DNA of 57,614 nucleotides from Pseudomonadales bacterium. GTDB lineage: Bacteria; Pseudomonadota; Gammaproteobacteria; Pseudomonadales; UBA7239. Below the pieces are notes generated by a model, which made no database searches, had not been told where the DNA came from, and saw only the letters and a program-made list of their open reading frames with translations. Shown here piece after piece: positions 30,991-40,857 of the stretch (positions within the stretch are counted from its first letter, which is position 1; each line of letters starts with the position of its first letter). The DNA is taken from assembly GCA_035430165.1 (NCBI GenBank), contig DAOMGE010000017.1, positions 1 through 57,614 of the forward strand, written 5' to 3'. A program made the position numbers and the translations under genes.

Positions 30991-33531
30991 ATGGTTGCCG
31001 TGGACAGCGCCATTAAGAATTCTGAAAACTGCTGCTTTCACTGCAACGACCCATTGCCGCGTGATAATCCGCAGCAGTTTGCTGGCGTCATTGATGGCAG
31101 CACCCGTTACTTCTGCTGTCCCGCCTGCATCGCCGTTGCCGATGCCATCAACGGCCTTGGACTTTCCCAATACTATCGCCAGCGCGACAGCAAACCACAA
31201 CGACCTGCCAGTCCCGACAACAATGCCAGCAGTAAAACGGAAAATCATACTGCTGAAAATTTTTGCGATATCGACGTGCTGGTCACACAAGCAGCCACCG
31301 GCAAGATACCCTTCCTGAAGAAAAATGCCGAGGGATTTTATGAAGCACAGTTATTCATTGCCGACATTCACTGCGCATCCTGCTGCTGGCTGATCGAACA
31401 TCGCCTGCAGCAACTGGATGGCGTAGTGCGAGCGGACACACAATTGAACTCGCACAAACTCACGTTGTGCTGGCAGCCATCCTGCCTGCCGTTGAGCAGG
31501 ATATTCCTGGCCTTGCATGAAATCGGTTATCGCGCCGCACCCTGGCAGCCCGCAGAACAACAGACCCAATCCAGCGCAAAACAAAAAAAACTGCTGCAAC
31601 GCCTGGGCGTAGCTGGGCTGCTGGCAATGCAAATCCACATGGTAGCCATGGGCAGTTATTTTGGCGCCATGCCCAACATGCAACACTGGATGAATGGTGT
31701 GGCATTACTGCTGTCACTGCCAATCTGGTTTTATTCGGCAGATCCGTTTTTTATCAGCGCATGGCGCAGCCTGAAACATCTTGGCAAAACCCTTATCCAT
31801 AAAAATCGCAGCGGCTGGCGGGAAGCTTTTGTCGCCAGTATGGATGTACCCGTCGCACTCGCGATTGTCGCCGCCGCCATCAACAGCATCATTGCTGTAC
31901 TGCAAGGCACAGACGATGTGTATTTTGATTCAATCGCAATGTTTGTATTTCTCCTGTTGGGCGCACGCTTTCTCGAGGCGCGGGCGCGCAGCCGCCTTGC
32001 TGTCTTTGCACAGGATCCGGTACTGCCACAAGTGTGCACCCGTATACGAGACAACCGGCAACAACGCATCCCGACCAGCGATTTGAAAAAACTTGATGAG
32101 GTGCTGGTCAAAACAGGCATCATTCCTGTGGATGGCATCGTCATCAGCGGCAACGCAGCGGTTGAACAAGCCGTCATCACTGGCGAATTTTTACCTGTGC
32201 AAAAGCAGCGCGATGATCACGTCATCGCGGGCACATCGCTCGTGAGTGGTGAACTGTTGGTGCAAGCGCAAAGCTGGGGAGCAGAAAGCCACATAGCAGA
32301 CCTGCATCGGCGCATGGAAAATGCCCTGTCTGCCAAACAGGAACGAAAATCTGCAAGGCACGACATTTACGACACGGTCGCACAGTTTTTTACTCCCGCC
32401 ATTTTATTGATTGCCAGCGGCAGTGCAGTGTTCTGGTATTTCACCGCACCCGCCAAGGCCTTGCCCGCTTTCCTCGCCGTACTGGTAGCCAGCTGTCCCT
32501 GCGCACTGACACTGGCAATTCCCGCAGCCTTGACTGCGGCCACCCTGCAATTGCGTCGACAAGGCATTCTGGTGACAGGGCGCCATGTCTTGCAAAGCTT
32601 GCCTGAAATTTCCCACTATGTTTTCGACAAGACCGGCACGCTGACACAAGGCCGTATGCATATCACCAACACAAAAACTTTCAGCAGCCTGTCCGCACAG
32701 GAATGCCTCGATCTGGCTTGTGCACTCGAACGATATTCGCTGCATCCGGTTGCCAGTGCCTTTAACCGTAAAGCATCTGCCAGCAATACCGATTTTTTTT
32801 CTGCTGACGCTATCGAACAGGTACTGCATTGCGGCGTCGAGGCCACACATCAAAACAAGCGTTATCGTATTGGCAAGCGCAACTGGGTTAGCCCGGGAAC
32901 TCCCGATGATGAACAACGGGATATAAAAATCTTGCTGGGCTGTGACGGTGCAGCACTTGCCGAATTCACACTGGGCGATCCGCTACGCAGTGATTCCAAA
33001 AGTTGTATCGAACAACTGAATCAGCAATCGATTACCTGCAGCATTGTATCCGGCGATCACTCCAGTGCTGTCGACAGTATTGCTGCGCAAACGGGAATAC
33101 CATCCGTTTACAAAAACTGTTCCCCCGCACAAAAAGTCGAGGTGATAAACAGCATGAGAAAACGGCACGGCACCGTGGTGATGATTGGTGACGGTGTCAA
33201 CGACGGCCCTGTGCTGGCGCATGCCGATATCTCGATTGCGCTCGCTGAAGCCAGCCAGACCGCACAACTGGCAGCCGATGTGATTTTACTCAACAACACA
33301 CTGCAAGACCTGCTTGCACTGCGCAGCATGGCAATACGCACGAACAACATTGCTCGCCAGAACCTGGCGTGGGCATTGCTGTACAATTTCAGCATACTGC
33401 CCCTGGCGGCTGCAGGTATGTTATCGCCAGTCAGTGCTGCCATTGGCATGGCATTGAGTTCACTGCTGGTGACCACCAATGCCTTGCGGCTGTTCTCTGC
33501 CGGCAAAAACAATTCTTCCGGAACACACTGA
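30991..33531 (+). CDS. ccoI: Copper-translocating P1B-type ATPase CcoI/FixI
   Basis: N-terminal CCFHC and FCCPAC metal-binding motifs, CPC in TM6 (SCPCAL), DKTGT phosphorylation site, GDGVNDGP hinge. Start chosen at ATG 30991 after the ccoH stop. Confidence 0.9.
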   Translation: MVAVDSAIKNSENCCFHCNDPLPRDNPQQFAGVIDGSTRYFCCPACIAVADAINGLGLSQYYRQRDSKPQRPASPDNNASSKTENHTAENFCDIDVLVTQAATGKIPFLKKNAEGFYEAQLFIADIHCASCCWLIEHRLQQLDGVVRADTQLNSHKLTLCWQPSCLPLSRIFLALHEIGYRAAPWQPAEQQTQSSAKQKKLLQRLGVAGLLAMQIHMVAMGSYFGAMPNMQHWMNGVALLLSLPIWFYSADPFFISAWRSLKHLGKTLIHKNRSGWREAFVASMDVPVALAIVAAAINSIIAVLQGTDDVYFDSIAMFVFLLLGARFLEARARSRLAVFAQDPVLPQVCTRIRDNRQQRIPTSDLKKLDEVLVKTGIIPVDGIVISGNAAVEQAVITGEFLPVQKQRDDHVIAGTSLVSGELLVQAQSWGAESHIADLHRRMENALSAKQERKSARHDIYDTVAQFFTPAILLIASGSAVFWYFTAPAKALPAFLAVLVASCPCALTLAIPAALTAATLQLRRQGILVTGRHVLQSLPEISHYVFDKTGTLTQGRMHITNTKTFSSLSAQECLDLACALERYSLHPVASAFNRKASASNTDFFSADAIEQVLHCGVEATHQNKRYRIGKRNWVSPGTPDDEQRDIKILLGCDGAALAEFTLGDPLRSDSKSCIEQLNQQSITCSIVSGDHSSAVDSIAAQTGIPSVYKNCSPAQKVEVINSMRKRHGTVVMIGDGVNDGPVLAHADISIALAEASQTAQLAADVILLNNTLQDLLALRSMAIRTNNIARQNLAWALLYNFSILPLAAAGMLSPVSAAIGMALSSLLVTTNALRLFSAGKNNSSGTH

Positions 33532-33701
33532 TGCAAAGTTTCTACCTGATCATCCCTGTTGCACTGGTCTTTTGCGGTCTCGCGATTGTTGCGTGGCTTT
33601 GGGCCAGCAACAGCGGACAATACGACGATCTCGATCGCGAAGCGCGGCGAATTCTCGAAGATGAAAACACACCTGCAAGACGTGATGATACAAAGCCATA
33701 G
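33531..33701 (+). CDS. ccoS: cbb3 oxidase maturation protein CcoS/FixS
   Basis: 56-aa single-TM peptide (MQSFYLIIPVALVFCGLAIVAWLWASNSGQYDDLD); ATG overlaps the ccoI stop (ATGA). Confidence 0.85.
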   Translation: MQSFYLIIPVALVFCGLAIVAWLWASNSGQYDDLDREARRILEDENTPARRDDTKP

Positions 33702-33704
33702 CCT

Positions 33705-34388
33705 ATGAATAGCGACTGGTACTTACCGCTATCTTCTGCCTGCCTGCTGGGCTTCATGAGTAGTGGACATTGCCTTGGCATGTGCGGCGGTATTTCCTGT
33801 GCGCTGGGCCTGCAACAGCACCGCAATCCGAAAGCTGCATTGCTGCTTTATCACTGCGGACGCATTTGCACCTATACATTGCTGGCACTGGCTTTTGGTG
33901 CAAGCCTGCAACATACACTGCACCAATTTCCCTTATTAAGTCCGTGGCTGCGAACCATGACCGGCCTGGTATTGCTGGCCATGGCGCTGCATATCGCCCG
34001 CTGGTGGAGCGGCATCACGGCACTGGAAAAAATCGGTGCGCGCTGGTGGAAACCGCTGCAAAAAATTGCCCGCCCCTTGTTGCCTGCCGAAAAATACTGG
34101 CAGATTTTTGCGCTGGGCTTATTGTCGGGCTGGCTGCCGTGCGCGCTGGTCTATAGCACCCTGACCTGGGCCGCCAGCCGGGCTGATGCTACACAAGCTG
34201 CAGCCTTGATGTTCTGTTTTGGCCTGGGTACCACACCCGCATTATTTGCCAGCGGTGTGTTTGCAGAGAACCTGAAACAGATCATGCAACAGAAAAAATG
34301 GCGCTATTCCGCTGCGTTATTGCTGGCACTGTGTGCATTGTGGACTATTGCAGCAGCCTGGCAGCATGCAGGCCACACACATCACTGA
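33705..34388 (+). CDS. DsbD_2/UreH-like (TauE/SafE-related) polytopic membrane protein with GHCxxMCGG motif
   Basis: 227 aa, about 6 TM segments, conserved SGHCLGMCGGI motif near the N-terminus; 3 nt after ccoS. Confidence 0.55.
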   Translation: MNSDWYLPLSSACLLGFMSSGHCLGMCGGISCALGLQQHRNPKAALLLYHCGRICTYTLLALAFGASLQHTLHQFPLLSPWLRTMTGLVLLAMALHIARWWSGITALEKIGARWWKPLQKIARPLLPAEKYWQIFALGLLSGWLPCALVYSTLTWAASRADATQAAALMFCFGLGTTPALFASGVFAENLKQIMQQKKWRYSAALLLALCALWTIAAAWQHAGHTHH

Positions 34389-35243
34389 CTAGCTTTCGTC
34401 AGCCCCTGCTGCCGAACGGCGGCGACGCTCTTCTTCAGCGCGCGCATCATCGATCACGCGCATCACACTACGCACATCAGCCTTGTGCGTTGCGTGCTGG
34501 AATTTTCCCGTCAATGCAATTTCAGGTTGTAATTCACCGTTCTCGTACAGCTTCCAGATTTCCTTGCCGTAATCCGTCTCAAGCAATTCCGGCGCGAAGC
34601 GACCGAAATAGGCGGTCATATTGTCAACATCGCGTTCAAGCATACGACTGGCATTGTTATTACCGGCAGCATCAACAGCCTGGGGTAAATCAATAATCAC
34701 CGGGCCTTCTGCACCCAGCAACACATTGAATTCAGACAAGTCGCCATGGATCAGTCCGGCGCACAACATGCGCACAATCTGTCCCATCATGAAACGATGA
34801 AACTCCAGCGCCTGTGCCGCAGCCAGCTCCACATCGTTCAGGCGTGGCGCAGAATGGCCTTCTGCATCCGTGACCAACTCCATCAACAAAACGCCGTCAT
34901 AAAAGCCGATGGGTTTCGGCACGCGCACACCGGCAGCGGCCAGACGATACAACGCTTCAACCTCTGCAGTTTGCCAGGCACTTTCCTGTTCTTTGCGGCC
35001 GTAGCGCGATCCTTTTTCCATTGCACGTGCGCGTCGTGAATTGCGCACCTTGCGACCTTCCTGATACTGGGATTGCTGACGGAAATTGCGCTTGTCCACT
35101 TCCTTGTACACCTTGGCACAGCAAATATCACCGCCACAGGAAACAACATACACAGCGGCTTCCTTGCCACTTTTCAGCGAGCGGATGACCTCATCAACAA
35201 TACCGTCATCAATGAGTGGCTGAATGCTTTTGGGTGTTTTCAT
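34389..35243 (-). CDS. RIO1-family atypical serine protein kinase
   Basis: STGKEAAVY-like nucleotide-loop (SGKEAAVYVV), catalytic IHGDLSEFNVL and a metal-binding D (IIDLPQAVD), 284 aa. Confidence 0.6.
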   Translation of the reverse strand: MKTPKSIQPLIDDGIVDEVIRSLKSGKEAAVYVVSCGGDICCAKVYKEVDKRNFRQQSQYQEGRKVRNSRRARAMEKGSRYGRKEQESAWQTAEVEALYRLAAAGVRVPKPIGFYDGVLLMELVTDAEGHSAPRLNDVELAAAQALEFHRFMMGQIVRMLCAGLIHGDLSEFNVLLGAEGPVIIDLPQAVDAAGNNNASRMLERDVDNMTAYFGRFAPELLETDYGKEIWKLYENGELQPEIALTGKFQHATHKADVRSVMRVIDDARAEEERRRRSAAGADES

Positions 35244-35327
35244 GCAGTCCGGAAGGCCATGCCTTGGTATATTTCACTGAAACCTTCAGGATTGTAAATT
35301 ATTTCCCTGCCACCAAACCGAAGGGTT

Positions 35328-35404
35328 TGGTGGGCACGAATGGACTCGAACCATCGACCCCCACCATGTCAAGGTGGTGCTCTAACCAACTGAGCTACGT
35401 GCCC
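35328..35404 (-). tRNA. tRNA-Val (anticodon GAC)
   Basis: The reverse complement reads GGGCACGTAGCTCAGTTGGTTAGAGCACCACCTTGACATGGTGGGGGTCGATGGTTCGAGTCCATTCGTGCCCACCA. It has a canonical cloverleaf, a TTCGAGT T-loop, anticodon GAC in a 7-nt loop and an encoded CCA. Ends may be off by 1-2 nt. Confidence 0.85.
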
Positions 35405-35545
35405 TCAAACAAATCCTGCCCGTTGCAGGCAGGGGCGGCAATTTAACAGTGGGCAGAGCCCTTGTAAAGCCGCCATAACAGCGAGTCAATGGCACAAAGG
35501 AAACACTGCAGTTATCATCGCCGGCAGCACATTCAGGCCTTCACC

Positions 35546-37843
35546 ATGCATCGCGCCCTGCTTTTTATTTGTCTGGCACTCCTCTTGTGCGCTTGCGACA
35601 ACAAACATCCCGCAACCGTTACTGAAGTACAGAGCACCCTGCCACCAAAACCTGCCGCACCTGTCGCCAGTCCCGCATCAACCTATGTCGGCAGCGCAGC
35701 CTGCCAGTTCTGCCATACCCTGGTTTACCAGGACTGGCTGCAATCTGATCATCACCAGGCCATGATGCCGGTCAATGACAAGTCAGTACGGGGAAATTTT
35801 GCCGGGCAGACACTGAACCACCACAACCAGACAACGCTTTTCACTCGCGGACAGGATTCACGCTACACCATTGCAACCGACACTAACACCGCCACACCGG
35901 CTGAACTGACCTTGCAGTACACCTTCGGTATCTTTCCGCTACAGCAATATCTCACGACATTGCCGGACGGGCGCCTGCAAAGCCTGCCGTTCGCGTGGGA
36001 TACACGCAGCGCCAGTGACGGCGGCCAGCACTGGTTTCACTTGTATGCCAACGAAAAAATCATGCCTGGCGATGTGTTGCACTGGCAATCACCATCGCAC
36101 AACGCCAATCACATGTGTCTCGAATGTCACACCACCAATTTTGAAAAAAAATTCGATGCAACAAGCGGCCAGTTTCATTCGCAATGGCAGGAAACCGGTA
36201 TCGGCTGTGAAAGTTGTCATGGCCCAGGCTCCAGCCATATCAACTGGGCGAAAAGTGCAAACAAAAACTCGATAGCAAACAAGGGCTGGGAGATCGCACT
36301 CACTAGCGGTGACGTGAATTTATGGCAACACCAGACAGAATCCGGCAAAGCCAGACGCCTGCAACCCGGCGATGACTCACAAGTCGAGCGTTGCGCCCAA
36401 TGCCACAGTCGTCGCTCACGCATCAGTAAAAACAACAATGAGAAAAATTTGCTGGATGCGTTTACCCCGGCACTGCTGGACGAAAGCCTCTACCATCCAG
36501 ATGGGCAAATCCAGGACGAAGTCTATGAATACGGCTCATTCATGCAAAGCCGCATGCACGAAGCCGGTGTCACTTGCAGCAACTGCCACAATCCACACAG
36601 CGGAAAAACCAGAATCGAAGGCAATGGCCTGTGCCTGCAATGCCACAATGCAAGTTATGATTCAGAGCAACATCATCTGCATAAAATAAAAACAACAGGC
36701 AGTTATTGTGTGGATTGTCACATGCCAACCACAACTTATATGGGTGTGGACAAACGCCGTGACCACAGCTTACGCATTCCACGGCCAGACCTTTCAGAAA
36801 AAATCGCTTCGCCCAATGCCTGCACACAATGCCACAACAATAAAACAGCCGCATGGGCCACAAAAATATTGTCCGGGAAATTTGGCAGCCATTGGCAGCA
36901 GACGCATTACGGTGAAATTATCCAGCAAGCAAGAATGGGTGAACCTGCTGTTTATGACGCTATTGCAGCATTGATCAACGACAACAAGAATCCTGCCATT
37001 GTTCGCGCCACAGCGGTAAGCCTGTTACCGAATTTCCATACGCGTGATTATCGTCAGCTCCTTGACCTTGCTGCACACGACAACAACGGACTCATACGAC
37101 TCGGTGCAGCGCGTGCGGCAGAGTCATTGCCTGCAGCAGACGCTTCTATCCTGAAACTTCTCCTGCAAGACAAATTACTTGCCATTCGCATAGAAGCCGC
37201 ACGGGTACTGGGTAACATCCCGGACGTCCAACAAGATGCCGCTTACCAGCAAGCGCGCCAGGAATACATACAGAGCCAGACTATCAACAGCGATCGCGCC
37301 CCTTCACTCGTCAACCTCTCCTCCCTCGCCATCCGGGAACAACGCTGGGACGATGCCGAAAACCTGCTGCTGGATGCCATCAGGAAAGAACCATATTACA
37401 TCCCCGCTTCCGTCAATCTTGCAGATTTCTACAGGTTGCGTGGCCGCGATCCCGAAGGCAAAAACATCCTGGAACATGCAATTGCGCAAGTGCCAGATAA
37501 TGCTGATTTACAACTCTCGCTGGGACTGTGGCTCATCCGTAACCAGCAAACCGCAGCTGCTGCTGAACATTTACGGCTTGCCGCCAGTTTGAGTCGTGAC
37601 CCTTATTTTCACTACGTCTATGCATTGTCATTGCAGCAGGAAAAACCGGACCAGGCACTAGCAGAGCTGGACAAGGCCGCTGCCCTGCCCGCCTATAATC
37701 GCGATGTGCAGATAGCTCGCGTCGACCTTGCGTGGCAACACAAGGAAAAACAACGGGCAGAAAAGGCGCTGGCTGAATGGGAAAAGAGGGATCCGCAAGA
37801 TCCGGCGATTATTGAATGGGAAAAGATTTTCAAGGAAAAGTAG
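35546..37843 (+). CDS. Octahaem c-type cytochrome (c554/multihaem family) fused to a C-terminal TPR-repeat domain; probable secreted or lipoprotein
   Basis: Eight CxxCH motifs (CQFCH, CLECH, CESCH, CAQCH, CSNCH, CLQCH, CVDCH, CTQCH) in the first 450 aa or so, then about 300 aa of TPR-like helical repeats. Signal peptide MHRALLFICLALLLCAC at the chosen start 35546. Confidence 0.75.
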   Translation: MHRALLFICLALLLCACDNKHPATVTEVQSTLPPKPAAPVASPASTYVGSAACQFCHTLVYQDWLQSDHHQAMMPVNDKSVRGNFAGQTLNHHNQTTLFTRGQDSRYTIATDTNTATPAELTLQYTFGIFPLQQYLTTLPDGRLQSLPFAWDTRSASDGGQHWFHLYANEKIMPGDVLHWQSPSHNANHMCLECHTTNFEKKFDATSGQFHSQWQETGIGCESCHGPGSSHINWAKSANKNSIANKGWEIALTSGDVNLWQHQTESGKARRLQPGDDSQVERCAQCHSRRSRISKNNNEKNLLDAFTPALLDESLYHPDGQIQDEVYEYGSFMQSRMHEAGVTCSNCHNPHSGKTRIEGNGLCLQCHNASYDSEQHHLHKIKTTGSYCVDCHMPTTTYMGVDKRRDHSLRIPRPDLSEKIASPNACTQCHNNKTAAWATKILSGKFGSHWQQTHYGEIIQQARMGEPAVYDAIAALINDNKNPAIVRATAVSLLPNFHTRDYRQLLDLAAHDNNGLIRLGAARAAESLPAADASILKLLLQDKLLAIRIEAARVLGNIPDVQQDAAYQQARQEYIQSQTINSDRAPSLVNLSSLAIREQRWDDAENLLLDAIRKEPYYIPASVNLADFYRLRGRDPEGKNILEHAIAQVPDNADLQLSLGLWLIRNQQTAAAAEHLRLAASLSRDPYFHYVYALSLQQEKPDQALAELDKAAALPAYNRDVQIARVDLAWQHKEKQRAEKALAEWEKRDPQDPAIIEWEKIFKEK

Positions 37844-37871
37844 AAAGCAGAAAAAAACTACCAGGAAAGAA

Positions 37872-39842
37872 TTACTTGACCGGCCTGCGTAACAAAGGAG
37901 TGACATTATCCGGCGCCGCCACAGATGACTGCACATCTTCACGGCCACCCGACTCTTGTCGCCAGACAATGTCATTGACCGGATTATCCGGAAAATCCCC
38001 GATAATTTCCGTCAGCAGATGCTTGATGCTCCGGCAATCGCCTTCCATACAAGCTTGTTCGATTTGTTCCAGGCATGAAACCAGATTGTACATTTCCACA
38101 TACTTTTCATCTGCCTGCATGATCATCGGGTGACCGGTGCCTGCAATGTTATCTCCCAACACCAGCTCCTCGTACAGTTTTTCTCCCGGACGCAAACCGG
38201 TGATACGGATTTCAATATCACCGTCCGGATTTTCCTCGTTGCGCAATGAATGGCCGAGTAATTTGATCATGCGTTCAGCCAGTTCAAGGATTTTTACCGG
38301 CTTGCCCATATCCAGCACGAACACTTCGCCGCCGCGACCCATACTGCCTGCCTGCAACACCAATTGTGCTGCTTCTGACATTGTCATGAAATAACGTGTC
38401 ACTTCCGGGTGGGTTACGGTAACCGGACCACCGGCATTGATCTGGTCAAAAAACAATGGCACCACAGAACCTGACGATCCAAGTACGTTGCCAAAACGCA
38501 CCATACAAAAACGCGTGGGGCTGTCGCTGCGCGCATAGGCCTGGCAAATCAGCTCTGCACAACGCTTGCTCGCCCCCATGATACTGACCGGACGCACAGC
38601 TTTATCCGTCGAGATCAACACAAAGTTTTCCACGGCTGCTTCAGCTGCCGCACGCACCAGCGACCAGGTTCCGATGACGTTGTTGCGCACACCTTCAATC
38701 ATATTGCTTTCAACGAGAGGCACATGCTTGTATGCAGCAGCGTGATAAATGGTCTGCACCGAAAACGCTTTCAGTATTTGCGTCATCCGGCGTTGTTCTG
38801 CAACATTTCCAAGTAATGGAATGATTTCCAGCGGAGGCTGCTGCGCATCATTCTGCTGCAAAGACCAGGCCTGGCGTAATTCCTGCTCCATACGGTACAA
38901 GCCATATTCATTCATATCGAGTAGCAAAAGTTTTTTTGGACGACTCAGCAAAATCTGGCGACACAATTCGCTACCAATAGAACCCGCCGCACCGGTTACC
39001 ATCACGATATGACTATCGATGCATTGGTGCAGCAATTGCTGATCCGGTGCAACCGGTGCCCGACCAAGGATATCGTCATAAACGCGACTGGTATCGCTAC
39101 CACGCAATGTGCTATCCAGCAATTCCTCAATGCCTGGAACCATCTGCGCAGCAATACCCTGCGCCTCCAGCTCGCTCATGATTTCACGGCGACGCTGGAG
39201 TGAAACAGACGGCATCGCAATCAGAACTTTGGTAATTCCATATCGCTGTACAAGGCGCTGGACATTATTTGCAGGATGTACAGACAAGCCGTCCAGGATC
39301 ATGCCTTGCTTGCCGACGTTGTCATCAAGAAACATCACAGGCTTGTATTCACTGCCGTGCAGCAGCGCCTTGTACACTTGCAAGCCGGACGTACCAGCTC
39401 CATAGATGGCAACGCGTTCTTTCAGTATCTGCACGCCCTTGTAGTAATACGCGCGAATAATGATGCGGGAACCACCAATCAAGACGTAGGCAAAACACCA
39501 GAAAATAACCGGTACAGAACGCGGCATAAATTCATCGCTCATGAAAGAACCCACAGCGATAATCAGGGCCGACAGGGAAACGCCCTGCATAACCGCAAAC
39601 ATGGCCTGCTGTCCCATGTAACGGATGATGGACCGGTACAGACCCAGCCGCATGAAAGCAAACAGGGTAAGGCCCATACAGATGGCAAGAATCAGGTATT
39701 GCTGGATATGGGTGGGAAACCAGACCTCACCCAATCGCGCCCACAATGCAAACAGCAACGCTGCCGTAAGGAGTGCAAAATCAACCCCCACCATCAACAT
39801 CTGTTTGTAGTAACGACGAAGAATCTGTCCGCTAGTGCTCAC
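37872..39842 (-). CDS. Membrane-anchored nucleotide-sugar 4,6-dehydratase (WbpM/PglF/CapD family)
   Basis: 4 N-terminal TM helices, two Rossmann-like regions (IYGAGTSG; MVTGAAGSIGSELCRQIL), 656 aa as in WbpM. Confidence 0.85.
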   Translation of the reverse strand: MSTSGQILRRYYKQMLMVGVDFALLTAALLFALWARLGEVWFPTHIQQYLILAICMGLTLFAFMRLGLYRSIIRYMGQQAMFAVMQGVSLSALIIAVGSFMSDEFMPRSVPVIFWCFAYVLIGGSRIIIRAYYYKGVQILKERVAIYGAGTSGLQVYKALLHGSEYKPVMFLDDNVGKQGMILDGLSVHPANNVQRLVQRYGITKVLIAMPSVSLQRRREIMSELEAQGIAAQMVPGIEELLDSTLRGSDTSRVYDDILGRAPVAPDQQLLHQCIDSHIVMVTGAAGSIGSELCRQILLSRPKKLLLLDMNEYGLYRMEQELRQAWSLQQNDAQQPPLEIIPLLGNVAEQRRMTQILKAFSVQTIYHAAAYKHVPLVESNMIEGVRNNVIGTWSLVRAAAEAAVENFVLISTDKAVRPVSIMGASKRCAELICQAYARSDSPTRFCMVRFGNVLGSSGSVVPLFFDQINAGGPVTVTHPEVTRYFMTMSEAAQLVLQAGSMGRGGEVFVLDMGKPVKILELAERMIKLLGHSLRNEENPDGDIEIRITGLRPGEKLYEELVLGDNIAGTGHPMIMQADEKYVEMYNLVSCLEQIEQACMEGDCRSIKHLLTEIIGDFPDNPVNDIVWRQESGGREDVQSSVAAPDNVTPLLRRPVK

Positions 39843-39852
39843 AATTGACCTG

Positions 39853-40857
39853 TTATTGGTTTTTTTCTGCTGCAGGGGTTTTGGCGAGCACCCTGTCAGA
39901 CCATAGTATCAGCGAGATATAAAGCACTACTGAACCCACCAACACCGCGATTCCATTATAACCAGCGCCCGTTACTTGCCAAGCCAGCACTTCGCCACTG
40001 CAAACTGCCATCAGACAGTACTCGGCAAGCACTATCCTGCGATGACCAAACCCGGCCAACACCCACCGTTGGTAGTAATGCTCACGGTGGGCCTGCCAGA
40101 TCCTGTCGCCACGCAAGGCTCTTTTCAGTAAGGTAAGGGTAGCATCCACCCAGAATGGCGAAAATATCACCAAGGGAGCCCACGCAGGGTACAAATTTCG
40201 CTTCCACCCTAGCAAACTGCAGGTCACCATCAGAAAGCCAGTGACCGTAGAGCCACTGTCTCCCATAAAAATTCTGGCGGGAGGAAAATTGAGCACAAGG
40301 AACCCTAGGTTGGAAGCCACTACCAGCAGGCACAAACCGACAAAAGCAGTGTCATGCCGGAAGGAACCCAGAATAGCCAGCGTGGAGAAGCCAAGTATTG
40401 CCATCCCTGCTGCAAAACCATCCATGCCATCCATGAAATTGTAGAGATTGATTCCCCACAAAATAACCAACACACCTACTGTCGGCCACAACCAGGGCAA
40501 GCCGGGTACGCTGAAATACAGCCCGCCAACAAACACCCCCAGACACGCCGCCGCAATCTGGCAAAACAGACGCGGCAATTGACCAAGCGATTTCCAGTCA
40601 TCAAGAACAGACACCAGCCACAGGACAAGCGCCGCGACCAGCAAGAATGGATCAAAAAGACCCTCCAAAACCGACCGCAAGAACCAGGCGCCTGCGGCCA
40701 TGCCGCAACAGATAGCTATGCCACCCGAACGGGGAACAGGCACCTGATGAAGGGAACGCTCACTTGGCTGATCCATCCATGCACCGTCCCTACGTCGAAT
40801 AAACAGGGTGCCCAGCATGACTGTAACGACAAACGCAATGACAAGGGACGGAATCAT
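39853..40857 (-). CDS. Polyprenyl-phosphate N-acetylhexosamine-1-phosphate transferase (WecA/WbpL, MraY-like GT4)
   Basis: 334-aa, 10-11 TM protein; N-terminal region with the DQPSERSLH motif; DD and NxxNxxDGxDG-like motifs (NLYNFMDGMDG). Confidence 0.8.
   Translation of the reverse strand: MIPSLVIAFVVTVMLGTLFIRRRDGAWMDQPSERSLHQVPVPRSGGIAICCGMAAGAWFLRSVLEGLFDPFLLVAALVLWLVSVLDDWKSLGQLPRLFCQIAAACLGVFVGGLYFSVPGLPWLWPTVGVLVILWGINLYNFMDGMDGFAAGMAILGFSTLAILGSFRHDTAFVGLCLLVVASNLGFLVLNFPPARIFMGDSGSTVTGFLMVTCSLLGWKRNLYPAWAPLVIFSPFWVDATLTLLKRALRGDRIWQAHREHYYQRWVLAGFGHRRIVLAEYCLMAVCSGEVLAWQVTGAGYNGIAVLVGSVVLYISLILWSDRVLAKTPAAEKNQ

Noticed and set aside
35216-35446. 76-aa plus-strand ORF
   Set aside because: It overlaps the tRNA-Val gene and its flanks; it is a translation artefact.
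35244-35545. Possible integrase or genomic-island boundary at tRNA-Val
   Set aside because: No integrase, transposase, phage gene or duplicated tRNA 3' fragment is detectable in the window. The tRNA-adjacent genes could equally be ancestral.
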